A stretch of DNA of 64,000 nt, taken from Macrostomum lignano. Its lineage: Eukaryota. The notes under the pieces were generated by a model. That model saw nothing but the letters and a program-made list of their open reading frames with translations, had not been told where the DNA came from and searched no databases. Each line of letters starts with the position of its first letter. Positions within the stretch are counted from its first letter, which is position 1. The DNA lies in contig NIVC01003793.1 of assembly GCA_002269645.1 (NCBI GenBank), positions 12,557 through 76,556 on the forward strand, given 5' to 3'. This document shows, piece after piece, positions 39,401-51,350 of the stretch. The position numbers and the translations under genes were made by a program.

Positions 39401-39822
39401 GGCCCGAGCACCGGCTAACAGAGGTTGGCACCATGAATTTGTTCATATTCTGGCGCAGCAAAGACACTGGCAAGCCTCAGCTGGTGACGCCGCCGTTAAA
39501 CAGCGGATTAATCCTACCCGGCATTGTTCGGGACAGCCTATTGCGTCTAGCTCGCGAATGGAACGAATGGGAAGTATTAGAACGGGACATCACTATGGGC
39601 GAACTAATTGAAGCTATCGATAGCGGCCGGCTAATGGAAATGTTCGGCTCTGGCACCGCTTGCATTGTTAGCCCGGTTAGCGGAATTAAATACGACGGCA
39701 AAGTGATCCAGGTGCCCACTATGAGCCAGGGCGCCCCGGTTACTATGCGCTTCTTTAAGACGCTGACGGATATTCAGTACGGCCGGATCAAGGATCACCC
39801 CTGGGCCGAGATTGTCGCCTGA
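36454..39822 (+). CDS. BCAT: Branched-chain amino acid aminotransferase, mitochondrial-type, 4 coding exons, 413 aa
   Basis: Exons 36454-36825, 37506-37756, 38709-38803 and 39299-39822 (1242 nt, GT-AG, phases match). Motifs [50 protein letters not shown] (PLP Lys), [27 protein letters not shown] and EMFGSGTAC. The Arg/Ser-rich N-terminus resembles a transit peptide. Confidence 0.96.
36880..37415. repeat. ~22-bp degenerate minisatellite in BCAT intron 1
   Basis: Unit gtgagattttgatgctgtaggg. Confidence 0.9.
37787..38545. repeat. 12-bp minisatellite in BCAT intron 2
   Basis: Units tgaactcattta / tgaactcactca / tgaactcattca. Confidence 0.95.
39040..39240. repeat. Degenerate GTGTTA-rich repeat in BCAT intron 3
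   Basis: Recurrent ggtgttaca/gtgttat motifs. Confidence 0.7.
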
Positions 39823-42800
39823 GTGTTTTTTTTCGTTTCTAAGAAATCGTCACAATAAAATCTCTTCATTTTGTTCATATTTTGCTACTCAATAAACAGC
39901 TGATAGTAGACTGTCGAGCGTTTTGTGTTGCTTTTTTTCATCTACATTCTACATCATTCGGGAGAAGTTCAATTTCGGATTTAATATTGTCGGTCACAAT
40001 TATTTTGTCATCGCATTAAAGACAACTACTGAACTACGATTATGCTAAGTAAACATTTGCTACAAAGCACTACTACTCATTCCCGTGTAAAGCAAGCACA
40101 AGGACAATTGTCTTTTTTGTTGCTGCACTTTTTGCAAAGCACTGCCTGCCCGCTGAATCAAACTGGTTTCCAGTGGTTGGGTTGCTTAGTTTGTTGCTTT
40201 TTCTGTCTTTGCTTCTTTTTAATACAATATTTTTATTTAATCTTGCCCATTTGATTGTAGATCATCGCGTACTGGCTTGGTTTCTGGTCCATTGTGTGCA
40301 TAAATTCTAAAATATTCCGTTTATACTACTAATTTTTTCTTTGAGAAAGTAGCCGACGCAGCTTTTGTTGTCAATTTTCTTTCTGGTCTGTATTTAGTAT
40401 CTAAAAGGTAACTTATTTCACAATTGGTAGTCAATATGATCTTTCTTTGTTAATCTCTAATCGAGATAATTAGGGATTAATGCATACTCTGGGATTTGGG
40501 AAAACTGTTTATTCCCGCCTTTGATCCCCGGATATTACATCCTCAATCTTTAATCAACAGGTAAAACTGCCTTGAATTTTGATGCTGATGGACTTGTCCC
40601 CTATCAGTGGCGTTAGCGTTTATCTAGAGATTCCAATTTATCGTACTTTTTGCAATCCCGATCCCCGAGATTTTTGGCATCTCAATTTCCCGGTGTTTTT
40701 CTTATCCTGTGATCCCCAATCCCTGGTCCTAACGCCTAACAATGCCGGGTACTTTTGATTCAGAGAAATTAGGCTTTTGTATAATACCGGTATTGGATTC
40801 CTTACGTTCTGGGACTGGCATCAACGACTTGATTAAGCATCTAGAAGTCTAGGTCTAGGAGTCCATGGACTGGGCCTGGGAGTCGGGACGGCTGGGTAGG
40901 AATGTATGTAATGTGGGTAAGTTGTAAAACTTGTATCGACAGAAGGTCCAGCTAGACTCTAGAGAGAAAAGAAAGGGCTTGGAAAGCCAGTCGGGTCGGG
41001 TGGGTCGGGTTGTTTTTCGCTTCGGCTGTTGGTTGGCCCATAGGCCATTGGGACCATGGGGTTTGAAGTTGGAGAGCCGAGGCGGGCCTAGACTGGATTT
41101 TAGCTTCGGTAAAAATCCGGTTCTAGCCGGGGTTTTGCGCGCCTAAGCTTCTCATTCCTTTTTTCTCTAGCCTTCTTTCTCTTTGCCTCGGACCTCCCCC
41201 TCAGTCAACCCCGCTTGAACTATTTTTATCAGCATTCCGTCCCCCGCTCGCATCCCTCCGCCCATTGGGTTATGTACATTCCCTCACTGTGACTGTACGT
41301 TAGAGCCATGAGGGTGGGTGGGGGTTATGTATGCGGCAATTACACATATTCAGACCACGTGATGTTTTTCAAGACCTACCCGGCCCCCCACTTTTCCAAC
41401 CTATTAGTATTAATGCGATAGCCAACTTCGCGTCACGTCTTTGGTCCCGCTGGCGTCCATTGAGTACTTAGCTTTCCGGTTTAAATGCTATCGATAGGCG
41501 AACGAAATGTTATTATTATAATTATCTGAACTCTGCAGTTTATACTGAACTTGATACGCCAAAATACTTTAGGAAAACAGTTTTGGTTTTAAGAATAAAT
41601 ATTTTTATGATAATTATATGCGGGAGGTTTTATCTCCACTCTATTCTCGGCTAAGCTGCACTCACACTCAGTACCAGTAGAATATGATATTCTCATTTGG
41701 GTCATTTCGCCTCGCACCATAATTAGTCCCAACTTGAAATATCAGCAATATCTATCTGCTTTAGTAGCCTTTTAATTTAAAAAAAAGGTTAAAAATATTT
41801 CTGTTTTTGTAGCAAGCACAGATTGTACTATTATATTTAGGCGTCGACTTTGCTAAAGCTTTTTCACTGCGAACTTTTTTGCGATTTGTTTTGCTTTTTC
41901 CCAGCAGATTTGAGTTTATCTATTTTTTACTAACTATATATTCTTTGAAAGTGGCAGTTCTGAATATATAAATATTTTTTTTAATTTTATCTGAATATTG
42001 ATATAATAAGTTTAGTAAATAACCATTCTAATTAACTCGTGTCGTGCGTATTTACATATTGCCCAGTGCGTTTCCTTCAGCAGGTGTTGTTGAACAATAA
42101 TAATTATCATCCTTAATTCAAGAATCCTTTATTTTGAGAAAATATTTCCATTCTATAATAGTAGGAGCCATAATAGTTCTAGCTGACGCTAGTGCGCATT
42201 TTTTTCTCTTTCTCGAGTCACCTGCCACCTCACATCACATTGCTAGACAGGCCAGTTTTTATTTACGAGTATTTGGTTTTTTGTCGAATTCCAATCACAA
42301 CTCAACTCAACAAGCTCTTACAATTACAAAACACGTTTAAATACGCAAAATACAAAGACATTCACGCTTTAATTTGTTGTCAGTCAGTCTTAATCTAGAT
42401 TTTTCAATCTACTATTGATAAAAAATAGATATTCTTGTATAGATCCTGTTTGTTTTTTTTCTTAGCTCGTAGCACCTAATTATTGACCTGTAAAAGACAA
42501 GTTTAATGGGTTACATCAGCGGTCGGCAAACTCCGGCCCCTCTTAAACCTCTATCAGTCTCTCTGGTCTTTATGAAACTTCTCAATAGCAATCCGGCCCC
42601 GTCTAAAGTTTGTGTCTCTTTTCAGCCTTCTTCTCCTTTCTCTCCTCTCCCTTCTCTCCTCTCCCTCTCCTGTCCTCTCCCTTCTCCCATCTTCCTTCTC
42701 TCCTCTCCTTTCTCTTATTGGGGGACAAAGCCAAGAATTCAACATGTAACATGACTAAATTCCTACATTTCTATTATTTTGAGAATTCGTATTGTCAGCG

Positions 42801-43054
42801 CTCATTTTGGCGCGGCAGCTATTCCTTTTGGCGCCGCAGGCATTCTTTTAGCGCCGCAGGCACTCATGTGGCGCCGAATGCGCTATATTTTGGCGCCCTG
42901 AAGAAAAATTATTGGTTACCACAACAGGTCACAAGGGGGGTTGGGGGGACAAAGCATTGGCATGTCCCCCATAGCTTTTAATGGGGGGGACATGTCCCCC
43001 CCCCCTGTTCCCCCGGTGGCGACGCGCCTGCTGTACACTGTACAAAGTCTAAAC

Positions 43055-43517
43055 AACGGGTCGGTAAAAGTTTTTACCTTATAGGCCAGATAAAGAATCC
43101 AGATCGTGGCTGCGGGCCTGATGAGAGGCAAGGAGAGAGAAGAGAGGAGAGGCTATAGAGATGAGGATAGAAGAGAGGAGCTGAGAGGTGAGGCTAAAGA
43201 GGGTTGTGAAGAGAGGGGAGACGCTAGAGAGGGGAGAGGCTAGATAGGGGTGTGATAGAGGAGAGGGGGCGCTATAGAGAGTAAAGATGAGAGGGGAGAG
43301 GCCAAAGAGGCATTTATTAGATGTGTTAAGTTGGGAGGTGACAGGCAGGCGAGAATATGAGTGAAAATGAAATGAGAGGAAGGAAGATTGAGGGGAGAAA
43401 AAGAGAATTAAAGAGTTGAAAAGAGAAACCCTCGGAGGGCCGGATTGCTATTGTGAAGTTTCAAAAGGATCCGAAGGCCGAATAAGAGAGGCTTGAGCCG
43501 GAGTTTTCCGACCCCAG
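43055..43517 (+). mobile_element. 463-bp hAT (Charlie-like) non-autonomous element with GA-rich interior
   Basis: Perfect 8-bp TSD gtctaaac at 43047-43054 and 43518-43525. Ends are aacgggtcggtaaaag and, as reverse complement, ctggggtcggaaaactccggc. A truncated inverted copy starts at 42517 (cagcggtcggcaaactccggc), and decayed copies abut at the gtctaaag site (54385-54392). Confidence 0.8.
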
Positions 43518-45682
43518 GTCTAAACGTACATATGTATAACAGTTTAATGAAAAAATCCTTTCTTTGTTTGCCTCGCCAACGGGAGTGGGGCGCAGATGCT
43601 ATAGTGATCAGCTAAAACTATTTTTCATGAGTTTTTTTATTTCACCCAGAACTTTTCATTCCCAGATTTTCAAAATGACCGAAAAAAATCCTATTTGAAC
43701 CTATAATGTATAACGATGTACACGTACAATTACACATTTGCACGTACATGTACATGTTTAAGTTCTATATATAAAGCGCAATTTTTCAAGTTTAAAAAAA
43801 CTGCGAAATGGTTTTTCGATCAAATAATGATATAAAAATATTTCCTCCTGAATACAGTGTGATCGTTAAAGCTGCATGGATTTTATGGTTTTTTTCCATA
43901 GACAGTGGGAACTGGCGGTAAAAAATTACTGTGTGCATGCACATATACATCAGAATAAATTATGACTCAAATACGTGAAATTTCTTTGGAGAGCTCAGTA
44001 TTTCACGCAATTTTCTGTTAAGTTATTCTAATCAAAGTACTTTGGGTGACAAAAATATAGTAAACACGTGACATGTACGAAATACATTCATGCAGCTTTA
44101 AAATTGAAATTTCTCATCTCTGTGCAAATTTATAAATGTATGTGTGCATCTAGAAATGGACGCTCGACCATTCGGCATTCAGTGTCGATCTTTCAAATGG
44201 GCTAAACTTGCAAGGCTTAAAATCGGTTAAAATATTTTTGTACAGCCTACTGTAAATATGCACAAACGTACATTACAGATTCGTGTTCAAAGCTGCGTGC
44301 AATATCTTAAAATGTAGAAAACAAACATGTTCATGTAGTGTACATGTCATGTATCGATATTCATGATTTACAATTTACATGTAGGAAATGAATACTTTAC
44401 AGTAAAATATACGCAATAGATTCCTTCATTACACGAGTGCGTAGGGCGTATATCGTGCGATAAAAATAGCTGTTGAGGATGCATGCAATTTAAATTACTT
44501 TTTAGAGTTTTCTGGAGCAAACAACATGCAATATAATGAATGTATATACAACTGCATGTACATACACCTAGGTCTATTCCAATTCTGAATGCATTTTAGT
44601 TGTTCTTTAACATGTAAGAATTCAAGTTTGTTTCTAGATGAAAATTCTTATAATAATGAATCCGGTAAAATAGAAAGTACTTTATAATAACAAACAGTAC
44701 AGTAAAATTACGTTAGTTTATTTTTTTGTCTCTACTAATGTTGGAAATGCGTTACGTAATAAATTGTATACAGTTTCTGAAAATATCAATGTACTTGTAA
44801 ATTTTCCCGTAGCCATGCTGCTACCTATAAGTAGTCGACGAACTGGTTCCAACCGGTTTCGGCTGGTTTTAGCCACATTTTTGGGAGGACCATAAGAGCT
44901 GTATATGAGACAACATTATTGTAGTTCTGCTTAGTTTATACTGGTATAACAGGGCTGTGGCCTTAAGCCAAGCACATCTAATATTTGGCTTCTACCTGCA
45001 ACCGTGAGCCTGCGTGTAGTAAGGTCGCAGTTTTCACAGGTCGTAACTTGGGCCTTTGTGTAGGCCTAGGCCTAGTCCTAGCCAAAAAGCTGGACTAAAC
45101 TAAAGACAAAGTGAGCCGAGCTTCATACTTACAGCCTAATTAAATTTTTGTTTTTTAGCTTAGCTATTTTTTATGTATTTTTGTTAGATCCAGTAGGTTA
45201 ACATATTACATTACACAATTATGACATTGACATTGTCAATATTAACTAAAAATTGCTCATCTTGAGCTGTTGTCATTGACATTGTCATTAACTGTATTAG
45301 AAAAGGCCTAAGCCCTAAGTCTAAGTGGTATTCAACAATTTATTTATAAAAATAGTAAAAAAGACTAATGTTATCATTATTAGGTTATGGTAGTCCTACC
45401 ATGTGATGTACAAGCAGTGTTTTACTGCTACACCTCTATAGGCCTACCTCTGGTTTCCATGCTTATAAGTTATTTGGTACCTAGCATATGTCTCAATTTA
45501 TGATTTCTAAATTAAAAAAATAGGCCTGGCCTTCTTGAACTTTAGGTAGATAAAAGTTGCAGTTTTAATAAGATCATAATTTTGTTTTTATAGAGGTTTT
45601 TGATGGTGCTGATTTCAAATTTGAGCTTCATTTTTTTGTAGCTTAAAGCCAACCACTTTGGTATGAGAATAAGGGTTTTAAG

Positions 45683-46860
45683 TAGCGTTCCGCCATAGCC
45701 ATAGCTACGGCTACGGGATCCTACAGCAAATACAGTAAAATAAGTGCTTATGGCAGCTACAGATATGCCTATGGTACCTAGCTGCTTTTACAGCTACAAC
45801 TACGGAAGTATGGCTGTCACATTCCGTAGATTCCCGTAGCCATAGTTATTAATGTTAAAAATTGAAAAAATATTAGAAATAGGCCACGGTTCGGATCGTG
45901 TAGTAGTGTACGCCGGAACAAGAATCCTATCTCAGCTAAATGTACGCCAGTGTACGCCAAAAACAAAAAAATGCTCTAAAATGTATGCCAAAAATTCCTC
46001 CTAAAAAGGTCATTCGGTTTTCACAAGTAGAGTTTTCTAAAAAACATTTTTTGTAAAAATTTTTTTTTCAAATTACGAATATTTTCATTTTAAACAAACT
46101 TAAATTAAACCTACAGAAAAAAGAATGCAAAATTTACATTCTTAGCAATAATTTACACAAGTTTTATTCATTGTTAATTGTAAAAAAGCAAAAAGTTTAT
46201 CACTGACTTTCTAGACTATATAAATTTTACATAAAAACTAAAAAGGGTTAATTTTACATTACAATTTTTTTACACGCATCAATTCATTCACCAAAATTGG
46301 TACGCCAAAAATTTCTCAAGCTCAAAATGGTACGCCAAAGTAGTATGCCAAAAAAGCCAAACTTCTCAATGGTACACTAGAAAATTCCGGCTTACATGTA
46401 ACCTTTCTAAGTGTGGGAAATAGGTAGAGTGAAACAAATATACTTTTAGTAAACTATATTATCAACCTAAAAACTTATAAAATATACCTTAAAAAACAAT
46501 AAAACACTAGCAAACTCTAATTTTAATTAATGTGAAAAAGTTTAGTGTTAGTACTTTCAATAACGATTAAATATTATTGCTCTGAAAAAAAACGAAATAA
46601 TAATCTTACAAAGACAATTAAGTGTTTCTTTTATTTTCTAATTTAATTTGCAGTTGTTAAAGCACTAGGTTATCTTCTTGTCAATCTTGATTCGAAGTAT
46701 TTTATTTTTTAGACTTTATTAAAACTACAGCTATGGGAACTATAGGAATATAGTAATTTCGGGGTCCCTACGGCTATAGAATACAGAGAATTACAATAAG
46801 CCATAGTTTTGCTAATGGCTATAGCTACAGTACATGGACCCTCCTTACGGTGGAACATTA
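45683..46860 (+). mobile_element. hAT-like non-autonomous element (TAGTGTTCCGCCAT family), interrupted by a nested element
   Basis: TIRs tagcgttccgccat / acggtggaacatta. TSD gttttaag / gttttagg (7 of 8). It is homologous to 50666-51350. Confidence 0.82.
45884..46416. mobile_element. 533-bp CCA...TGG family element nested in the 45683 element
   Basis: Perfect TSD gaaatagg at 45876-45883 and 46417-46424. The empty site is visible in paralogs (tattagaaacaggtagag at ~48201, and inverted at ~51145). Contains GTACGCCAA motifs. Confidence 0.88.
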
Positions 46861-47041
46861 GTTTTAGGGTAGGGAGATTCTTCATGGGGATTTATTTTAT
46901 GTACCTAAACTTTAATAGAGTTATAAGGGTCTATTGAAGATTAGGTAGATAAATTCAGAGACTAAGGGGGTAAGGGGCAAGTCTCAAGGGAAGGGGGCTG
47001 ACAACTACCATTCCAACAACCAAGGCATAGGGAATGGAGGT

Positions 47042-47209
47042 CATGCTTGGTCGCAACCTTGGGATTCACCTTGCCATTTCTATTGGCAACACATATGTAA
47101 GTCGTTAGTGGCTAAGAGCAGTCATATGACTACTATTTTGTCCAATAGCAACTTACATGTGTGTTGCCAATAGAAACAGCCAGGTGATTCCCAAAGTTGC
47201 GCATATATG
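47042..47209. mobile_element. 168-bp palindromic MITE sharing the CATA.ATGCGCAAC terminus
   Basis: About 52-bp inverted arms. The right end is gttgcgcatatatg. TSD atggaggt / atgggggt (7 of 8). Confidence 0.72.
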
Positions 47210-48689
47210 ATGGGGGTATTAGTGTGAGGAGAATCTTCATGGGGATTTATTTTATGTACCTAAACTTCAATAGAGGCATAGAGGTCTATTGAAGATTAGG
47301 TAGATAAATTCAGAGACTGAGGGGATCCTAGGGGGTAAATTGAAATGAAGCTTTAAAATAATTAAAATTTCAACAATTTATCAAAAACACAACCATAGAG
47401 AAAAAAATTATAATCCTATCAAAATTAATTGTTATTAGCAGCTATAGTGACCTTCAGAATGGAGACAACCCAGATTAGTAGAAATTAGTATAGGTAAACA
47501 AGTAAAGAATATACGGCTATAGTAATCAACAATAAGAAAACAACAGCGAATCAAAAAGTGGGTAGTGAGGGGCAGGTAGCAAACTGTTAGTCAACATTTT
47601 CAAAAAAGTAAACTGATGTGGCACTCTCGCTGCACTATAACAAATTAAATAAAAAATTAGAATAGACAATATTTTTTTAAAGATAAAATTCGAACCTTCT
47701 AAATGTTTTTTTAGAATTAGTTCAAGTTTTGGATATTTTGGAAAATATTTATGTTAGAAAGTTATTGATTCTAAAAAAAGTTCAACTTTCAAACTCCAAA
47801 TTCTCCAAAACTGCTTGGATCAAATTACCATTAGTTTACATAGGAGATTAACAAATCAAGCTCCCATTACCTCTGAAAGTAATTTTTGCAGTTTTTTTGC
47901 TTTATTATAAATTTGGACAGCCTTTAAGACTCTGGCAAAAGTTTTTAAAAAATCCAAAAATTAGAAGTAGGCCCTAACTTTTAATCTTGCAAAAATATAA
48001 TAAGTGTTCTAATGTTTTGCTATAGCTACAGCTATAGCTATGGGATCTTATGTCAAATATAGTAAAATAAGATGCCTGTGGCAACTACAGATATGCCTAC
48101 GGTAGATAGCTATTGTTATGGCTACAACCACAAAAATATAGTAGTTGTTACATTCCATGGATTCTCATAGCCATAGTTATAAATTTAAAAAATGAAAAAA
48201 TATTAGAAACAGGTAGAGTAAAACAAAGATACTTGAACTATATCATGGATTTAAAACCTTTAAATTATACCTAATAGAGTACAATCAAACACAAGGACTA
48301 ACAAATTCTAACTTTAATATTAATATAAAAAGTTTAGTTGGTCTTTCACTTAATTAATTAGAAATGTAAATGTATTAACAAATAAAAAATACTTTATTAT
48401 AGAAAAAGTTCACTAGGTGCTAGTTTGCTCATAATGTATTATATATTTTTTTTATTTGAAAAATTTTTTATTAGATTAAGGTTATATAATTTGGAATCAT
48501 GATTTTTTATAGTGTAAACTGGCAATCTAAAGACTAAAGCCGCCTTTTGGGATGGGTGATAATAAAGAGCAAAATTTATTAAAATCATGATAGCAATTAT
48601 TATGGTGGTGTCACTGGTAACAATAAGCGTGGTGTCCTAAAGTATGAGTACACTTAGAAGACTTGAAACATTTATAAAATTGCTAATCC

Positions 48690-49930
48690 ACATTGCAGAA
48701 TCAGTTTCTAAGAATCTACCAATAATCCCCCAATCAGGTTTGTAATAATCCCAAGTCAAGCTTGCAATGATCCCAGTCAAGTTTGCAATCATACATGCGC
48801 AACCTCCAAAATTCGGTCGGCCATGCGACTTAGTTTTAACAAAAATGTGACGTAGTTTTTGGCCAAAAATGCAACTTACATGTAATAAAAACTGGTAAAG
48901 CAAAATTAACACAACTTTGGGTAAACGGCAAGAGTAACTATGACTGTCTTATTAGGGCAAAATGGCTCGTCAGCTACTTAGTAATACTACTTAGGTTTTT
49001 TTGGGTGGGCATTTTTGCGACTTCCTTGATTGGCTGCCAAATCGGTCAGCCGGATCGGCCGACTCGGCCGACTGTTGCGCATGTATGTTTGCAATGATCT
49101 CCTAATCAGGTTTAAAATGATCCCAATCAGGTTTGCAATGATCCTAGCCAGGTTTAAAATGATCTCCTAGTCAGGTTTAAATTGATCCCTAGTCAGGTTT
49201 GCAATGATCCCCCAGTCATTTTTGCAATAATCCCAGTCAGGTTTGAAATGATCTTCCAGTCAGGTTTGCAATGATCCCCTAGTCAGGTTTAAAATGATCC
49301 TAGTCAGGTTTGCAATTATCCCCTAATCATTTTTGCAATAATCCCAGTCAGTTTTGAAATGATCCAAGTCTGGGTTACAATGATCCCCCAGTCAGGTTTG
49401 TAATAATCTCACAAAAAGGTTTAAAATGATCTCCTAGTTGGGTTTGTAATGATCCCAGTCAGGTTTACAATGATCCTAGTCAGGTTTAAAATGATCCCCC
49501 AATCAGGTTTAAAATTATCCCAGTCAGGTTTGCAATTATCCCCTAATCATTTTTGCAATAATCCCAGTCAGTTTTGAAATGATCCAAGTCTGGGTTACAA
49601 TGATTTCCTAGTCAGGTTTGTAATAATCTTACAAAAAGGTTTAAAATGATCTCCCAGTTGGGTTTATAATGATCCCAGTCAGGTTTACAATGATCCTAGT
49701 CAGGTTTAAAATGATCCCCCAATCAGGTTTAAAATTATCCCAGTCAGGTTTACAATGATCCTAGTCAGGTTTAAAATGATCCCCCAATCAGGTTTGAAAT
49801 GATCCTAGTCAGGTTTACAATGATCCTAGTCAGGTTTGCAATGATCTTCCTGTCAAGCTTGCATTGATCTAGGCCTACCTATCAGATGTGCAAAGATTCC
49901 AGTTAGGTTTGCAATGATAAGTCAGGTTTT
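48690..49930. repeat. ~21-22-bp degenerate satellite (CAGTCAGGTTTGCAATGATCCC)n
   Basis: Periodic gtcaggttt...aatgatc motif on both sides of MITE copy 2. Confidence 0.88.
48790..49087 (-). mobile_element. 298-bp MITE (CATACATGCGCAAC family), copy 2
   Basis: Perfect TIRs. TSD tttgcaat at 48782-48789 and 49088-49095. It is an inverted homolog of 9457-9729, inserted in a satellite unit. Confidence 0.92.
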
Positions 49931-50007
49931 CTCATCTTGTGCAATAATAGTTTTCTTATCTAGTTCAATAATAGTTTTCTTATCTAGTACAATAATAGTT
50001 TTTTCAT

Positions 50008-50289
50008 TATACATGTGCAAGCCACCCTGATTTACACTGGTCATGTACCAGTAACCTACTTTTGGCCAAAAATGCAACTTACCTGTAAAAAAACCTTAAA
50101 GAAAAAATTAATACAATTTTGGGTAAATGGAAGAAATAATGACAACAGTATTATTAAGGCTAAATGCCTCATCATCTAATTAGTACTATGTCTGTATTTT
50201 TTTGGTGGGCATTTTTGCGACTTACCCCTAGTCTATCACAATTTACAGTGACCAGATCAGCCAGGTTGGCTAGCAGTTGTGCATGCATG
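50008..50289 (-). mobile_element. 282-bp MITE (CATACATGCGCAAC family), decayed copy 3
   Basis: Ends tatacatgtgcaag / gttgtgcatgcatg. TSD tttttcat / tttctcat (7 of 8). The interior is alignable to copy 2. It is inserted in a tctagtgcaataatagtt repeat. Confidence 0.78.
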
Positions 50290-50665
50290 TTTCTCATCTA
50301 GTGCAATAATAGTTGTCTAATCTAGTGCAATAATAGTTGTCTAATCTAGTGCAATAATAGTTTTCTTATATTGTTCAATAATTGTTTTTACATCTAGTGC
50401 ATTAATAATTTTGTCATCCAGTGCAATAATTGTTTTAAATCAAATGATTAAAATCTTTATTTATAACTTTTAATTAAAAAAGTTTATACTACAAAGATTC
50501 GAACCCAGGCCCCATATATGCACTCCAATCTGTTCACATCTAGGCTAGCTCTCATTGAATAAATAAAATGAATTGTAGCACTTATATAATTCAACACACA
50601 CAAAGCAGTTTATGAAATAATCAGTTTCTTAGCCAATCAGTATCAGTCTCAGTTAAAGTTAACAA

Positions 50666-51350
50666 TAGTGTTCCGCCATAAGGAGGGTCCATGTACCGTA
50701 GCCGTAGCCATAAGCAAAACTATGGCTTACTCCAATTCTCCATATTCTGTAGCCGTAAGGACCCCAAAATTACCATATTCCCATAGTTCCCGTAGCCATA
50801 GCCATAGTTTTAACAAAAAGTTTAAAAATCAAAATATTTTGAATCAAGAAGATAACCTAATGCTTAAACAATTGCAAATTAAATTAGAAAATAAAAGAAA
50901 CACTTAATTGTCTTTGTAAGATTATATTTCATCTTTTTTTAGAGCAACAATACAGTTGCTTTTATACAAGTACTAGTACTGATTTAGTATAAAATACAAG
51001 TACTTTTGTTATTGAAAGTACAAATGCTAAAGTTTTTCACATTAATAAAAATTAGAGTTTGCTAGTGTTTTATTGTACTTTTTTAGGTATATTTTATAAG
51101 TTTCTGGGTTGATAATACAATTTACTTAAAGTTCTTTGTTTTACTCTACCTGTTTCTAATATTTTTTTAATTTTTAACATTAATAACTACAGCTATGGGA
51201 ATCTATGGAATGTGACAGCAACTACCATATTAGAACTAGCCATAAGAGCAGCTAGCTACTGTAGGCATATCCAAAGCTGCCGTAGGCACCTATTTTACCG
51301 TATTTGTCGTAGGATCCCGTAGCTGTAGCTATGGCTACGGCGGAACACTA
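50666..51350 (-). mobile_element. 685-bp hAT-like non-autonomous element (TAGTGTTCCGCCAT family), best-preserved copy
   Basis: 15-bp TIR tagtgttccgccata / tacggcggaacacta (1 mismatch). Perfect TSD gttaacaa at 50658-50665 and 51351-51358. Confidence 0.92.

Noticed and set aside
40471-40728. Possible TAGGGAT...ATCCCTG hAT-like element
   Set aside because: The terminal match is only ~7 bp and there is no matching TSD.
50490-50560. tRNA-like B-box (GGTTCGAATC on the minus strand)
   Set aside because: No cloverleaf or convincing A-box could be built. At most it is a decayed SINE fragment.
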